64,000 nt of DNA from Tubiluchus corallicola. Taxonomy: Eukaryota > Animalia > Priapulida. The translations under genes were made by a program, and so were the position numbers. Positions within the stretch are counted from its first letter, which is position 1, and each line of letters begins with the position of its first letter. Of this stretch, positions 48,801 through 60,800 are shown in pieces. The DNA lies in NCBI GenBank assembly GCA_030141605.1, contig JAQGDQ010000162.1:124001-188000 (forward strand), given 5' to 3'. The notes beneath the pieces were generated by a model. The model saw only the letters and a list, made by a program, of their open reading frames with translations, did not search any database and was not told the DNA's origin.

Positions 48801-51800
48801 TGTATAGTCTCACAATGATACTTGTAACAATGTTAGTGCTTTGGTAAGTTTCCAGTTTTTTGCAATAAATTTTGTGTTGGGCATCTGTTAATTCATTTTA
48901 ATGTTACTTAAGAAACATTGTGGAGGATTTCACAGCCGAGTGGTTTCGTGTTGTGCTTCTCGTGAATGGCTAGCGACTGTCTGGGTTCAATACTAGTTAT
49001 AAAAGGTTTCATTTGTTACACTGATTCTTGATTGGTTCCCTCATAGAGGGGGAGTTTTTTGTTACAGGGTGACTAGGTCGCAGCCAGCTGCTTTGTTAAA
49101 ATTGCCATACCTTTCAAATTTATTATAAGGAGCAATGTTTGGTACAATTGATACGGTACAGTGGAAAGTGGCGCAAAGAGGGATAAAGAATGAAAACTTA
49201 AGAATACCGAGGATGCATTATTTTAGTATTACTCAGGAATGGTATCTTAGTATTGTCAAGTAAAAAAAATGTAAAATCTATATTTGGCTGCACAACTTAC
49301 TAACAAATTAAATCTAAAATTGTTAACTATTGAGCATTACAATTACATACACGATGTTTCTATGTTAATGGTATTACTGGCAAACAAATATATTTGCATC
49401 TCACGAAACATGCAAATGAGTCTGGTGTATCCAAAAAAATACATGTGAGGCAGATGGCTAAACAATGATGAGTTTGATTCGGATTCGAAATCTTGAAATT
49501 CGGTTCGATTCGAGTTCGAAAGTCACAAATTCGATTCAAATTCACTTTCTGATAGAAAATGCTCTCGCTTATCTGTCATTGCAATGGCTGCATCATTTAC
49601 AGATTTAATTGTGCCCTTTTTATCTTCCCGTTTTTCACAGAATAAAAAAGCAAAAGCCATGGTAGTGCTGATAGCAATACTGTTAAATAATTTATTATTC
49701 GTATGCGCATAAAAAATATTGTGCCATTCGCGACTACAGACATTTTTGGTTGTCTTCAGCTGACTAGAAGAATATACATTGTGATAAATCAGCAGTAAAC
49801 CGCATCAACAAATTTGCTGGGTCATTTCAAATTACACAAGATTATAATCCTGAGTGTAATAAAATGCACTTATAATAAGCATCACAGACACTTGTGCATA
49901 AGATATCTGCATAATAAAAGGACCTTCAGTTTATAGTAGGACAGGCTAATTTCCATGAAAAACCATACATGCCAAGACGGTACACTATTGCATTTGTCAT
50001 AAGAGAATCGAGGAGTTAAAAACTAAAGAAAACATCTAACTGAATTCAACCTTGAAAATGCATGCATACCTAACCAATAGAAAAAGTGTTACTGGAATGA
50101 ATAATAAATAATAAATAGCTGAGGTAAGAGGAAACAGATCTTAAACATTACCATTATAGTCTGCACAGTCTTTAAGACTGAAACCACAACATTTACCAAC
50201 ATGTAAAAAAAGTTTCAAAAAGAATACCCGAAAATAATAGATTCTGGTAGAAACTCCACTCCTTGAAAACATTTATATAAATACATCGATAAAGGAACGC
50301 AAAAGACAAAAACTTTTTACAGACACAGTGTAACATCAAACTGCTTTAGAAAAGCAGAGTTAGCACGACATACATGTGTAACAACCACCAGACGTTTGTC
50401 ACTAGATGTATATCACTCAAAAAAGCACCTTTTACACAAACAAAACTATACTAAAATTTTGACGGAGTCCATGAATACTGGCACACCATCTGATATTTCG
50501 TCCTGTTCAGACTCATTTGAACAATCCTCGTCATCTGACATATTCGCCGATTCCCTTAAACTGTCTTCTGCTAAATGTATATCATGTTCCAATTCGTTTG
50601 TGTCTCGTCGGTGTCGTATGAGTCCAGGGCTTCCCGGATTTTCCAGCTCAGGCACGTTATGCAGTGAATTACATTCCGAATGGTTCATTAATGCACTGAT
50701 TTCCACTCCACGCTGCTTCATCACTCGCAACACCTCATCCTCTAGATCAAACAAATGCTGATCGTGCAGACATTGCTCGTGGAAGAAGCTAGTTAATTTC
50801 AGCAGGTACTCGACGTTATGTCCGCACCTGCCTTGAGCATTTGAGATTTCCAGAGCCATTTGCTGGATGCTGGCAGGTCCCATGTAAAGAGGATTGTCGT
50901 CTGTTGCTATGTAGACGATGACTCGTACGGAAGACGTAAGGTGCGTTTTCTCCGACGCATGGAAGTCAACAAAATTTGTGTCGTAACCACCCAGCGTGCA
51001 TTCTCGCATATTCAAATGATCAAACGCCCTCAAAGCTTGACTGGCACCACAGACTTCATAAGCAACACCCCAGGTGACTGCCTAAAATAGAAAAATATTA
51101 ATAATTTTATATTCATAACTAAATATAATAATAAAAAAATTTAAATATTTGTAAGCAATTTAGAATAGACTATATTCACTTTTTATGGTATAGCAAGCAC
51201 AAGTTAACTAAACTAAGCTGGGCAACAATGGACTACAGGTACCACACCAAGTAAACTAGGCAAAAAGAATTTACAATGTCATCTAATTTCTACGCCAAGC
51301 TAATTTATATTCAGAAAATTACGAGTTTATGTAGTGTGGTATAACTATGATATTTATGGAACTAATTATAAACAATTGTAAAAAAAAGTTTGTCAGATAA
51401 TCTGCACAGCTATACTACCAAGTGACACATAGTGAGTAAGCGTTCTAATGTGAATCTGTTCCAAAGTGTAACAAGTGTGTAGTTTGGTTAAATTACCTTT
51501 TCATCAGGTGACAGTGTAGCTACCCTTCCAGGCTGTAAAACAAAAAAAAACATTTATTTAGAATTATAGGCATTACTAGCACTATTGATACAAGGACAAT
51601 TGCACTGTAGTTTTAACAGAAATTAATTTTAATAATGCAGGCCAACGTTAAAAAATCTTGAAGAATTATTTGCACACCACCTTTTAAATTTTGGGGAAAT
51701 TTTCAGCAGTTTGTCAGGTGATTATGACTAAAATGTACCTAAATGTAGCAAGTAGAAAGGCTAAAAACTATTTATATAGCAAGAACTGTTTATAAATTAA

Positions 51801-54800
51801 TATACTTCATCTTTGCTAACAAGTTAAGGCAGGAACTATTAAATACAGTGAATAACACTGTGTATATTAGTAAAACATGCTTCTCTGTGTATATATTTAA
51901 TAGTCCCTGGTTAAGGTTACTTGGTAGATTTTTTGCCTTAAACTGCATGCAGGGAACGTGAAGCTTTTGAGTAAAACTGTACACCTTCCAGACAGGCCAG
52001 TATAAAACAGGAGATTCGAAAATGAGTGATATTATTTGTGCTACCAACACTCTAAACCCTAACAAAGAAATAATATCATAAATCATTAAAATGGATGGCT
52101 CAACAAACACTTATTAAAACACTGTTGACACAAACGTAACGATACATATTTCGCAACTAAATGAGTTCTCTTAAGTGGAAACCTGTTAATTGTATGTAAA
52201 AGCTAAAATGTAATGTACACACTGTCTTCGTAAATTACGGCTAAATTATATTAACTAGAAAATAGCATTTCAAGTACAAGTGATGTAAAATCACTTGGCC
52301 AGGATCGAATGTACTAATGTGTAAATAACAGTAAACCTGACTGACTGCTCTGCAAGTGAACTTATTTACCGACACGCATAATGTTTTACCAATACTGATC
52401 ACATGCTGTCGAGAAAGTTTTTAAAAAGTATTTTTACGCCACATTCTCAACCGCTTCCCACAGTCCCATTTGAAATTGAATTTGTATTGTACTGTTCATA
52501 TGTGTACTATAGTGTGCTAATTAACTGTAGTTAATTGCCCATCTACAGCTTGTGTTGATTTCATTTGAAATAGAATTTATGACTCCCTTGTATGTCGTAG
52601 GCTTTCAGGAGCAATTTCTACAATTTCTGTTGCACACTTTATGTAGATACTTTTGGGAGTCTTGTGTTCATTTTCACTCGGCCTTTTCATCATAAAATTT
52701 TTGAAATTTAAATTTTTGTTTCACGCACATCCATTTCACTAGTTTCATTATCTTCGCAATCATAACTCTGGTCTGCTGGTTGTAAGTTTCGCACTAATGA
52801 ATCATTTTGCTATTCAATGCTTGCGAGCTTTTCTACCTTTTCTTACCTGTATTTTGGTCTGGAAAGCTTCGACTCTTATACGTTTATCTGCCACAATTAC
52901 ATAAATGCTATTGCAAGAAACTTATTTTATTAACGGAAGGAGTCGGGCACATTCTCTGCTGTTCTATGCAAACAATATAAACTGAACAAAAGCAGGGTAA
53001 TGTGTTAGTAATACCTGCATGAATCACTTTTGTAGAATTTGATACCCCCAAAATTTGGTGCCCTACGCAACTCCTTAACTAGTAATAACTGCTTGGTTTG
53101 CCTAATGGTCGAGTCAGCCCTGAATGCTATTTAAGACATAACAAAACTCTAATACACAACCGTCTATTGACCCATGCACAAACTTTTCCATAATTTTATA
53201 TCAAATTAGACAAGCTCCCCGGAGCCAAAATTTCTACATCAATGACACACTTTCCCTTCTTTACACGGCAGTCTCGTAACTGCATGAAAAATCTTGAACC
53301 TTTTAGCTTTCACCCACTAATGCGCACCACCGTCTGAAGTGGCCAAAAAGTGAATCACAAATAAAGAGGGTCAACAACCCTAATGGCTAAACACACAAAC
53401 CCACTAAATGACACACCTTTCTAATGCTTTTCGGAGTAACACAGGCAGTCGTAAGGGATTAAGTTGTTTACAAAATGGTCTCAGAAGGTGTCTGACCGCC
53501 TTGATAATAGATAACGTGCTACATATGGTAAATAGTACAATTTCATGCTTAACCATTGCAATGCCAATTATAGTTCACCATTTTTTTACATCTGTGGGAC
53601 CTGATGAAGATTAAGATTATGTACTAATGACAGTATGGGTGCAATGATAATTTTGACAATTTACCAACTACCAAATGTTTGTAAGTAGCTTACTTGGTGT
53701 TAAAAAACAAAGATTAATTATATGGAGAAAGGGTGGCAAGTAAGTAAGCCAGTTATTTACAGATTTTAAACACTATTTTTTTCAAAGTCCGTACATTGAA
53801 ATTCATTTTCAGTGTAATTAAGAAAAACTTATTGCTGTACAGACATTTTCAGTGTAATTAAGAAAAACTTATTGCTGTACAGACATTTGTGAAAGTAGAA
53901 AAATAACACAATTAATGCTTTCATTCCAAGGCAAATTTTAACTGTACCACTTGCTCCTTTTAAGAGGTGATATAAATTAACAATTTGACGTGTTTAAGTG
54001 CCTAAGGGAGTAAAGTCGTTAAAATTCTCATTGTGTAGCATTCACCTAGAAGAGTTAATGTGGCCGCCAAAATATTAGTTATGGAATTATAAATTTATCT
54101 ATGTGAATTCCACAATACCCGTGGCATTATTCGCTTGTATTCATTAGATGAGTGTATTCATAAAATTGGGTTTATTATATTAGGCTTGCATAAGGTCCTT
54201 TTGTTGAAAAGCAGCAAATCTGACAATGACCTTTAATATAAAGCACACTATCATTAGACTTCCAATATAGATATTTGAGCTTACAGTGCATTTGATGTAG
54301 TTGGTAGATCTAGGAAGAATGATCTCTATTTTTTATGAACGTTAACTGGCACTGTCGATTAGTTAGTTAAACATGAACTTCATAAGAAGTTGTTCATAAA
54401 GAAGCATCACCTCTCTCTCTATCTCCCACCCTGTAACAATTACATATAGAAACCTACCGCTGCTGGCGTTCCCCGATGTGTACAGTTGCCTTGCCAGAAT
54501 CTGAGAGAAAACCCTTCAATATAACCGACTGTCCTAGACGTGTAAGAAAATCCTGGTTTCCATATTAGCGATCCGTAACCGAAAATAAAAAACCGAATCT
54601 GTTCTTTTTGTTGTTTCATCATACCGTTAACACTATGCATTTTCTACACTTTGAAAGTTTAGTGACTTTAGTTTTTAGAGTAAGCACTTTACGACCGTAT
54701 TGTAAAACATAAAAGGTTCAATTTCGACGTCCGGAACGATTGCATCAGCTTTTACGGTGGATCTCTTACTATCGTCATATTGTACAGCACGCGCGTACAT

Positions 54801-57800
54801 CCGCCTAGCGAGCATCAGCACTTCCCCTGTGACGTCACGACGTTTTCACCAATCACGTGCGCGAAAGCAGGAAGCGTACAGTACTGTTCTCGGCTGTTGT
54901 CAGCTGATCGTCCCAACACAAAGGTATAAGAATAAAGCCTCAAGTAATGACCAGAAAGCGATGACCTTCGGTTCGGTAAACAAAGCTGTTAACGTAGAAT
55001 CTGGCCGCCCAGAATAAGTTAATAGAGCGTTTCAATAAGTTTGATTCGTACACCAGACAGTTGATTTGAATTGTTTACTGCCGGCAGTGCTGTAAATTTA
55101 ATTAAAATAAAAATTTTGTGGTAATAGTAATAACACGCCAACTCATTTTTTCATAAATATAATGAAATTAAATATTGGAAACCATTGTTCTATATGTTTG
55201 TTATTAATATACGAAGGCAATATTTACTGCATTAATCTTGCAATGTAGCCTTGCAGGGTACATTTACAAGTAGCTCTAATTAAGTATCTAAATTTATAAG
55301 TACACACTAATTTTCAATCTATACATAATTAATGAAAAATACGCGTATCTACATATTATATATGTAGTGAATGTAAAGAAAATTATCTAAAATGCATAAA
55401 TGTTAAGCAAAAGAAAGAACTCATATCAGTATTTATACACTTGTATACTGCAACTTTACTTAGCATCATTGAACTGAACCAAATTGTGACTCGAGTCCAA
55501 GTGTGAGACTTGAGGACTACAGCACTACTGTTTTTACAAAATGAATTAAATATGTTACTTGACACCTTTAAAACTGTTTTGCGTGATTCCTCTTTCCCCA
55601 TGGAGTCAGAAGTTCTTATGGTAATTTTGCTCGTACCTTATAGATTACATAAGGATACAAGTAAAAAAAAGGCAAGGATGTTTTTATTGCCTTGCTAATT
55701 TACAAGCAGGGCATGAATTCTTGACCAGAGAAACTGATTTATGAAAGGGCATCAATAAAATGTGACATTAAAGGAAAACAGGGTGGTTTTTCACTGCCTA
55801 CTCCATTTTGAAGTATGGTTGAAAGTAAACATTTTAACACTTATAATATGTAATGCCAAAGCATTCCTGATGATGAAATAACAGGTTAAACACTAATTAA
55901 TGGCAGGCGAGCTCAAACAGGGATGACATCACAATTGAACATAATTTTCAATAGCATAAGCAATCCATGAGCATGTTTGCGAAAGCGAAAATAGAAGCAC
56001 AGTGCTACCGTGCAAGGTTTAGCGTGATATACAAAAACTCGGCAAATATTAAGTTTAAAATTCTAATTTGAAGTTTGCCTTTGGGCTCTTGCACACACTC
56101 TCGAACGGGTGCACTACATATTAAATGAATAACTATAAACTGAGAGGTACAGCACCTGTTCCTTTTGCAGCACTTGTGAGATGCAGGCAGTAATGCCCAT
56201 ATAACTAACGAATGGTAAAATGCATGTAACAGTAAAATACATGTCGAACGAATGCGAAATTACGTTCCTTGGTGTCAGTTCTTTCACGTAAGCCATTCTT
56301 GAAAAAATAATGTATCCCATTTCAATATTTTATAGGTTAAATTGTTTTGAGCTATAGTTTAGAGTTGGGTCCAGCTTTCCTTTAAAGTCAGCTAATGTGA
56401 AGAAAGCATGAGAAGTGAGAGAAAGTTAAGCAATGTTTATATGACTCCTCACTAAAAGGTGATAAATGTGTCAAAGGTTTTTGTCGCATTTCCAGGATGG
56501 CAAGGCAGTCGAGTTTACTTGTAGCTGCTATGTTAGTGACAAACTGTTAATACTGGGAACTAACGATGGTAAGCTTTCGTGTTGGGATGTGGAAAAGAAT
56601 GTGTGCTTGTCTTACTGGTATGGAAAGGAAGATGACGAAGTTGGTAAGACCTTAATGTTATGACTGCTAAGATAATTAGTTTTATACTTTTTTCGGCTCT
56701 GCTGTGATTAAAAGTGGGTTAGTTTTTTTCGATGCGCATTACATTTTTGCCTTTAGATGCAGGTTCTAACTGACCAGTTTGATACTCCAGCTCCAGACAA
56801 GCTCTTAATTAAGACCTTTTTGAGACCCTTAGGCTAATGAAATTGTGGGCCTCTGTCAGGTGGAGCCACCTTCTAACTCGCGTATACCCGTCATCAATAT
56901 TTTTTACTCACGATATATTTAAGTGACATTTCCATAGCTTGAAACAGTCTTACTGCAAATTCTTTAGATAAACCAGAATAACTATTTTCTGTATGTCAGT
57001 AAAAGTATTCTTTAATGAATACCACTATTTTACTATTACTATAGCAAGCCAAATTAAGACTAATTTGAACTGCTGTGAAAAACAGATTTTTTTTAACCAA
57101 ATAATTAAATGTTACCAAAGCTTGTGGGCCCCCAAGCTTGAGGGAACCTAGGCTGCAGCACTTAATAACCTATAGATCATCTGGTCCTGACTCCAAGGCC
57201 CTGTTAGGGTCCAGGATTCAACTGTGGCTATTTCTTGTTACCGTAAATGATTGTGGCATTGCTAGGAATGTGGTTGTTTATTAGAAATAGTACTATAAAA
57301 CGAGACACCAAACCAGCAGTGGGGATCTGATTTGCATTCAGGTCATATACAGGTCTTTTCTCGATCATGTATACAGCTGGCAGAAACCGCCCGGTAGAAA
57401 TTTTTCTGGCAGTCACAGTTACATTGACTTTGCAGGAAGGGTACGCATGCCGTGACAGCTCACCTATTACCCATCCCTGAAATAAAAATGTACATGTATG
57501 ATTAAAGCATGTGTTTAAGTTTTTCAATAAAAATCTGCTAGCCTGCTGGTTTGCCTTTTATTCTAGCACACTACAAACAGTTATAATACTGCCATACCAT
57601 CTATAAAACAAATATCATCACCAATTCGAGAATGAGTCTGATTTGACCTTTCTAACGATATTAATATATGAACAAGAAAACAACTAAACCAATTGAGTGC
57701 ACTTCTTTCACTTTATCAAAATCTACTTTTGCAGCAGTCAAAACAAATCCTTTGTGTGGTCCTTGCACATTTCTTCACTAAGCATATTCATTTCTGATTA

Positions 57801-60800
57801 ATTAGATTAAGAATGTGTATTTATCTTCTTTAAGTTTGCCAGTGTATAATAAACATAACAATAATTTTGACAATTTAACAAAACCAATGAGCATTCCTTA
57901 GTAGCCTACTTGGTACTTATATGTGGTGGCGAGTGACCACACGTGGTCAACACATGGTCAACTAAGTCAACCACCCCCATTTACAAATTTAGCACCTTTT
58001 GTACAATAACATGGCTGTTTGCTTTTAGGTACTATAGTAGGTAATGAGCAGAAATTGGTGGTTGGTCAAGGTCAATTCATCCAGCTCTGGAATCTCTCAA
58101 AGTTGATGAAGTACGCACATGGTCAGAGTCAATGCATTACCGGTGTAGCAGCCGAGAAGGAGATGAAATTGGATGGATTTGTTACTGCTTCGGCTTTTGA
58201 CAAGAAGTGTCATATAGTAGGTGCCTGGACAGCGTTTTTTGGAAAAGCTTGTTTTTTCGTCATGCCAGAATTTTACTGAGTAAACGAGTGTGTTATCTGG
58301 CCAATTAAAGAGAGGTTGGAAATGCTCTTTTTGTGACAGCAAATTTTGAAGATGTTGAAAACTGCTTTTTTTTTATAAATTTGTAACTATTCAAATTTGT
58401 AATTGTAATTTTGTAAGCCTATATAAATAAGCTTATTCAAAACTCAGACGTTTTAGATACCGTATTTATTCGAGTATAACGCGCACACGTGTATAACGCG
58501 CACCCCTAATTTTCGATTAAAAATCGGTATAAAATTTTGTTTCACTTTCTCTCAGCTCAGACCAAACATTGTAAGTGACAAACGTTGTTGAACAACTCCA
58601 GCCTCTAACATTCGTCTCTGGTACAGTGAATTCTCGGCTAGCTGCTCGATTTCAGTGGACCAGGCATCGTCTAGACAAACCATCTAGACGTTGCACCATC
58701 TGACAAAGTCTGCTGATATTGATACATCTAAGCGTGTCACCCCAGCCCTCGTTTATAACGCGCACCCAAACCATGAGTTCTTTTTTAGGTAGAAAATTTT
58801 GTGCGTGATACTCGAATAAATACGGTAGTTCACCTTAGGGATGTAACGATAATGATACATATCCATAATTATCGTATCCATACAAAAAATTTGTTTTTAT
58901 CGTTATCAAATCCATATTATTTTATGAATATCGTTATCGTATCGAGTTTAGTGCGCTCGCCCTTATCAAATAATCACTCACCATTATAAAATCGTTTCAC
59001 TTTGCCTTTTCATTTGTCCACTAGAATTACGCAAAGAAAATTGAAAAAAGAGTTATATATAAAATTGTTCGAACAATCTTCTTCTTCTTTTTTCTTGCAA
59101 TAACATAATATCGTATATATCTCATAATACATTTATCTGTCGCAGCTCACATATTTATATTATTTTATGACTAAACAAGGAAGAGAACTTTGTAATAAAT
59201 TGCACGTTTCTGTACATTAATCGGGAAACAGCCTGCAAAAAATAGGATGTACAATATGCTGAGACTCCTTATGGCTAACCACATTTTCAGTATCTTTTTT
59301 TATTGTTCGGAATAATTTATCATATCGTATCGTCTGATTATCGTAATCTTATAGTATAGTTATTATACTGCCAAATGCGTATCGTTTAGCATCCTTAGTT
59401 AAGCTTAAATTAGTTAACAATAATAACAGTATGTCTGGGACTCACAGTTTGTGTAACAGATGGACATTCTCTCCAGTAGAATGTGGTCGACTACTTGGGT
59501 TTATGTGGACAGGACCGGTTGGAAGCCAGTTGGATAGATTTGTTCAAATTGGGGCCCTCGCGCACGCTGAGTAGAAGACGCTGTGGTGAATTAATGAGTG
59601 TCCAGTGTGCACAAAGTTTCTTGATATTGTGAAGGCAGTGAAACTAGTCAATCTGTCCTCAGAGATTTTGAAAATTTCTTAGATAAAAAGGTCTGAAAAA
59701 TCCATTTTAGAAGGCCTATGCACAAACTGTATTTAGTACTTATCTTGACTTATAATAAAACATTGAAACTTTCATACAGGCTTTCAGTTTTCAGTATATT
59801 ATTGTGTCTAATAGTGGAGCCTTAAGTCCTCAACATTTAGTGACTGAGACTGGCTTAGTACACGGAGCATAAAACATGAATCTTCAGCTATTTGTAGGGT
59901 ATAGGACCCCACTAACAATTTTCTAATTAGGTCCCGCACTTCCTAGCACCGGCCCTGAGTACAGACAATTAAGTATAAAGAATAATAATATTACAGTGTG
60001 ACTACTAGCAGTACAGTTTTGTAGGAGTAATGCAGAAAATTGTAATTTCAAAATGTCAAAAGTGTTGAATGTGAACCCAATTGAAAATTACTCAATATAT
60101 TACACAGCATGATCTCATTTCAGGGTGTTGTTGGTACAAGTGAGAGTGTACTATGGTACATAAATTGGGCTGAACCTGTGCACATAAGGCTAGTCTATGG
60201 TTTGTCAAGCAGTGTAAGTAAATTGCGTGTATATTCACAATAATCTTGTATGTTTGCAAAGCCACTAGCAACCATACATATATCATTTATTTGCAATTTC
60301 ATAATCACAAATGGAATAATAACAAATAAACTTATAGTATTTAGTGGCTATTTAAATGTTAGTAAAAATAAAAATAAAAGTATTTTTCCAGTTTGGCACT
60401 GGTCGATGGCCAGTGAAATAGAACATGTTCAAATAAAAGTTTGCAAAATTATTTTAGGCCCTCGGTATACCAGCTACTATGATGCATTGAAATCTCTAAG
60501 TTTGAAAAAACTTATTGAAAGCCGTACTGACCTTGCTTTAAAGTTCACGCTTAAAATGAAAAATTCAGAAAGACACTGTCACTTATTACCAGTTCATTAA
60601 AATTTGCACTTGATGCAACTAAGAAAAACAAAATCCTTACTTGAAGATACATGTAAAATAAATAGTGAGCTTTATTCACCTGTACCCTATGTGGAAACAC
60701 TTTTAAATGGTAGTAATATGATCTTGGCAAATAGGTAGATTCTTTTAGTTTTTTATTTGATTTTTTTAATAAATGTTTAGTTTTACTGTATATTTTTTAA

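Noticed and set aside
50396-51090. Plus-strand ORFs 50396-50761 and 50860-51090
   Set aside because: Antisense shadows of CHAC1 exon 3
54757-55017. 86-aa ORF divergent from CHAC1
   Set aside because: GTG start, overlaps the promoter motifs, no recognisable protein features
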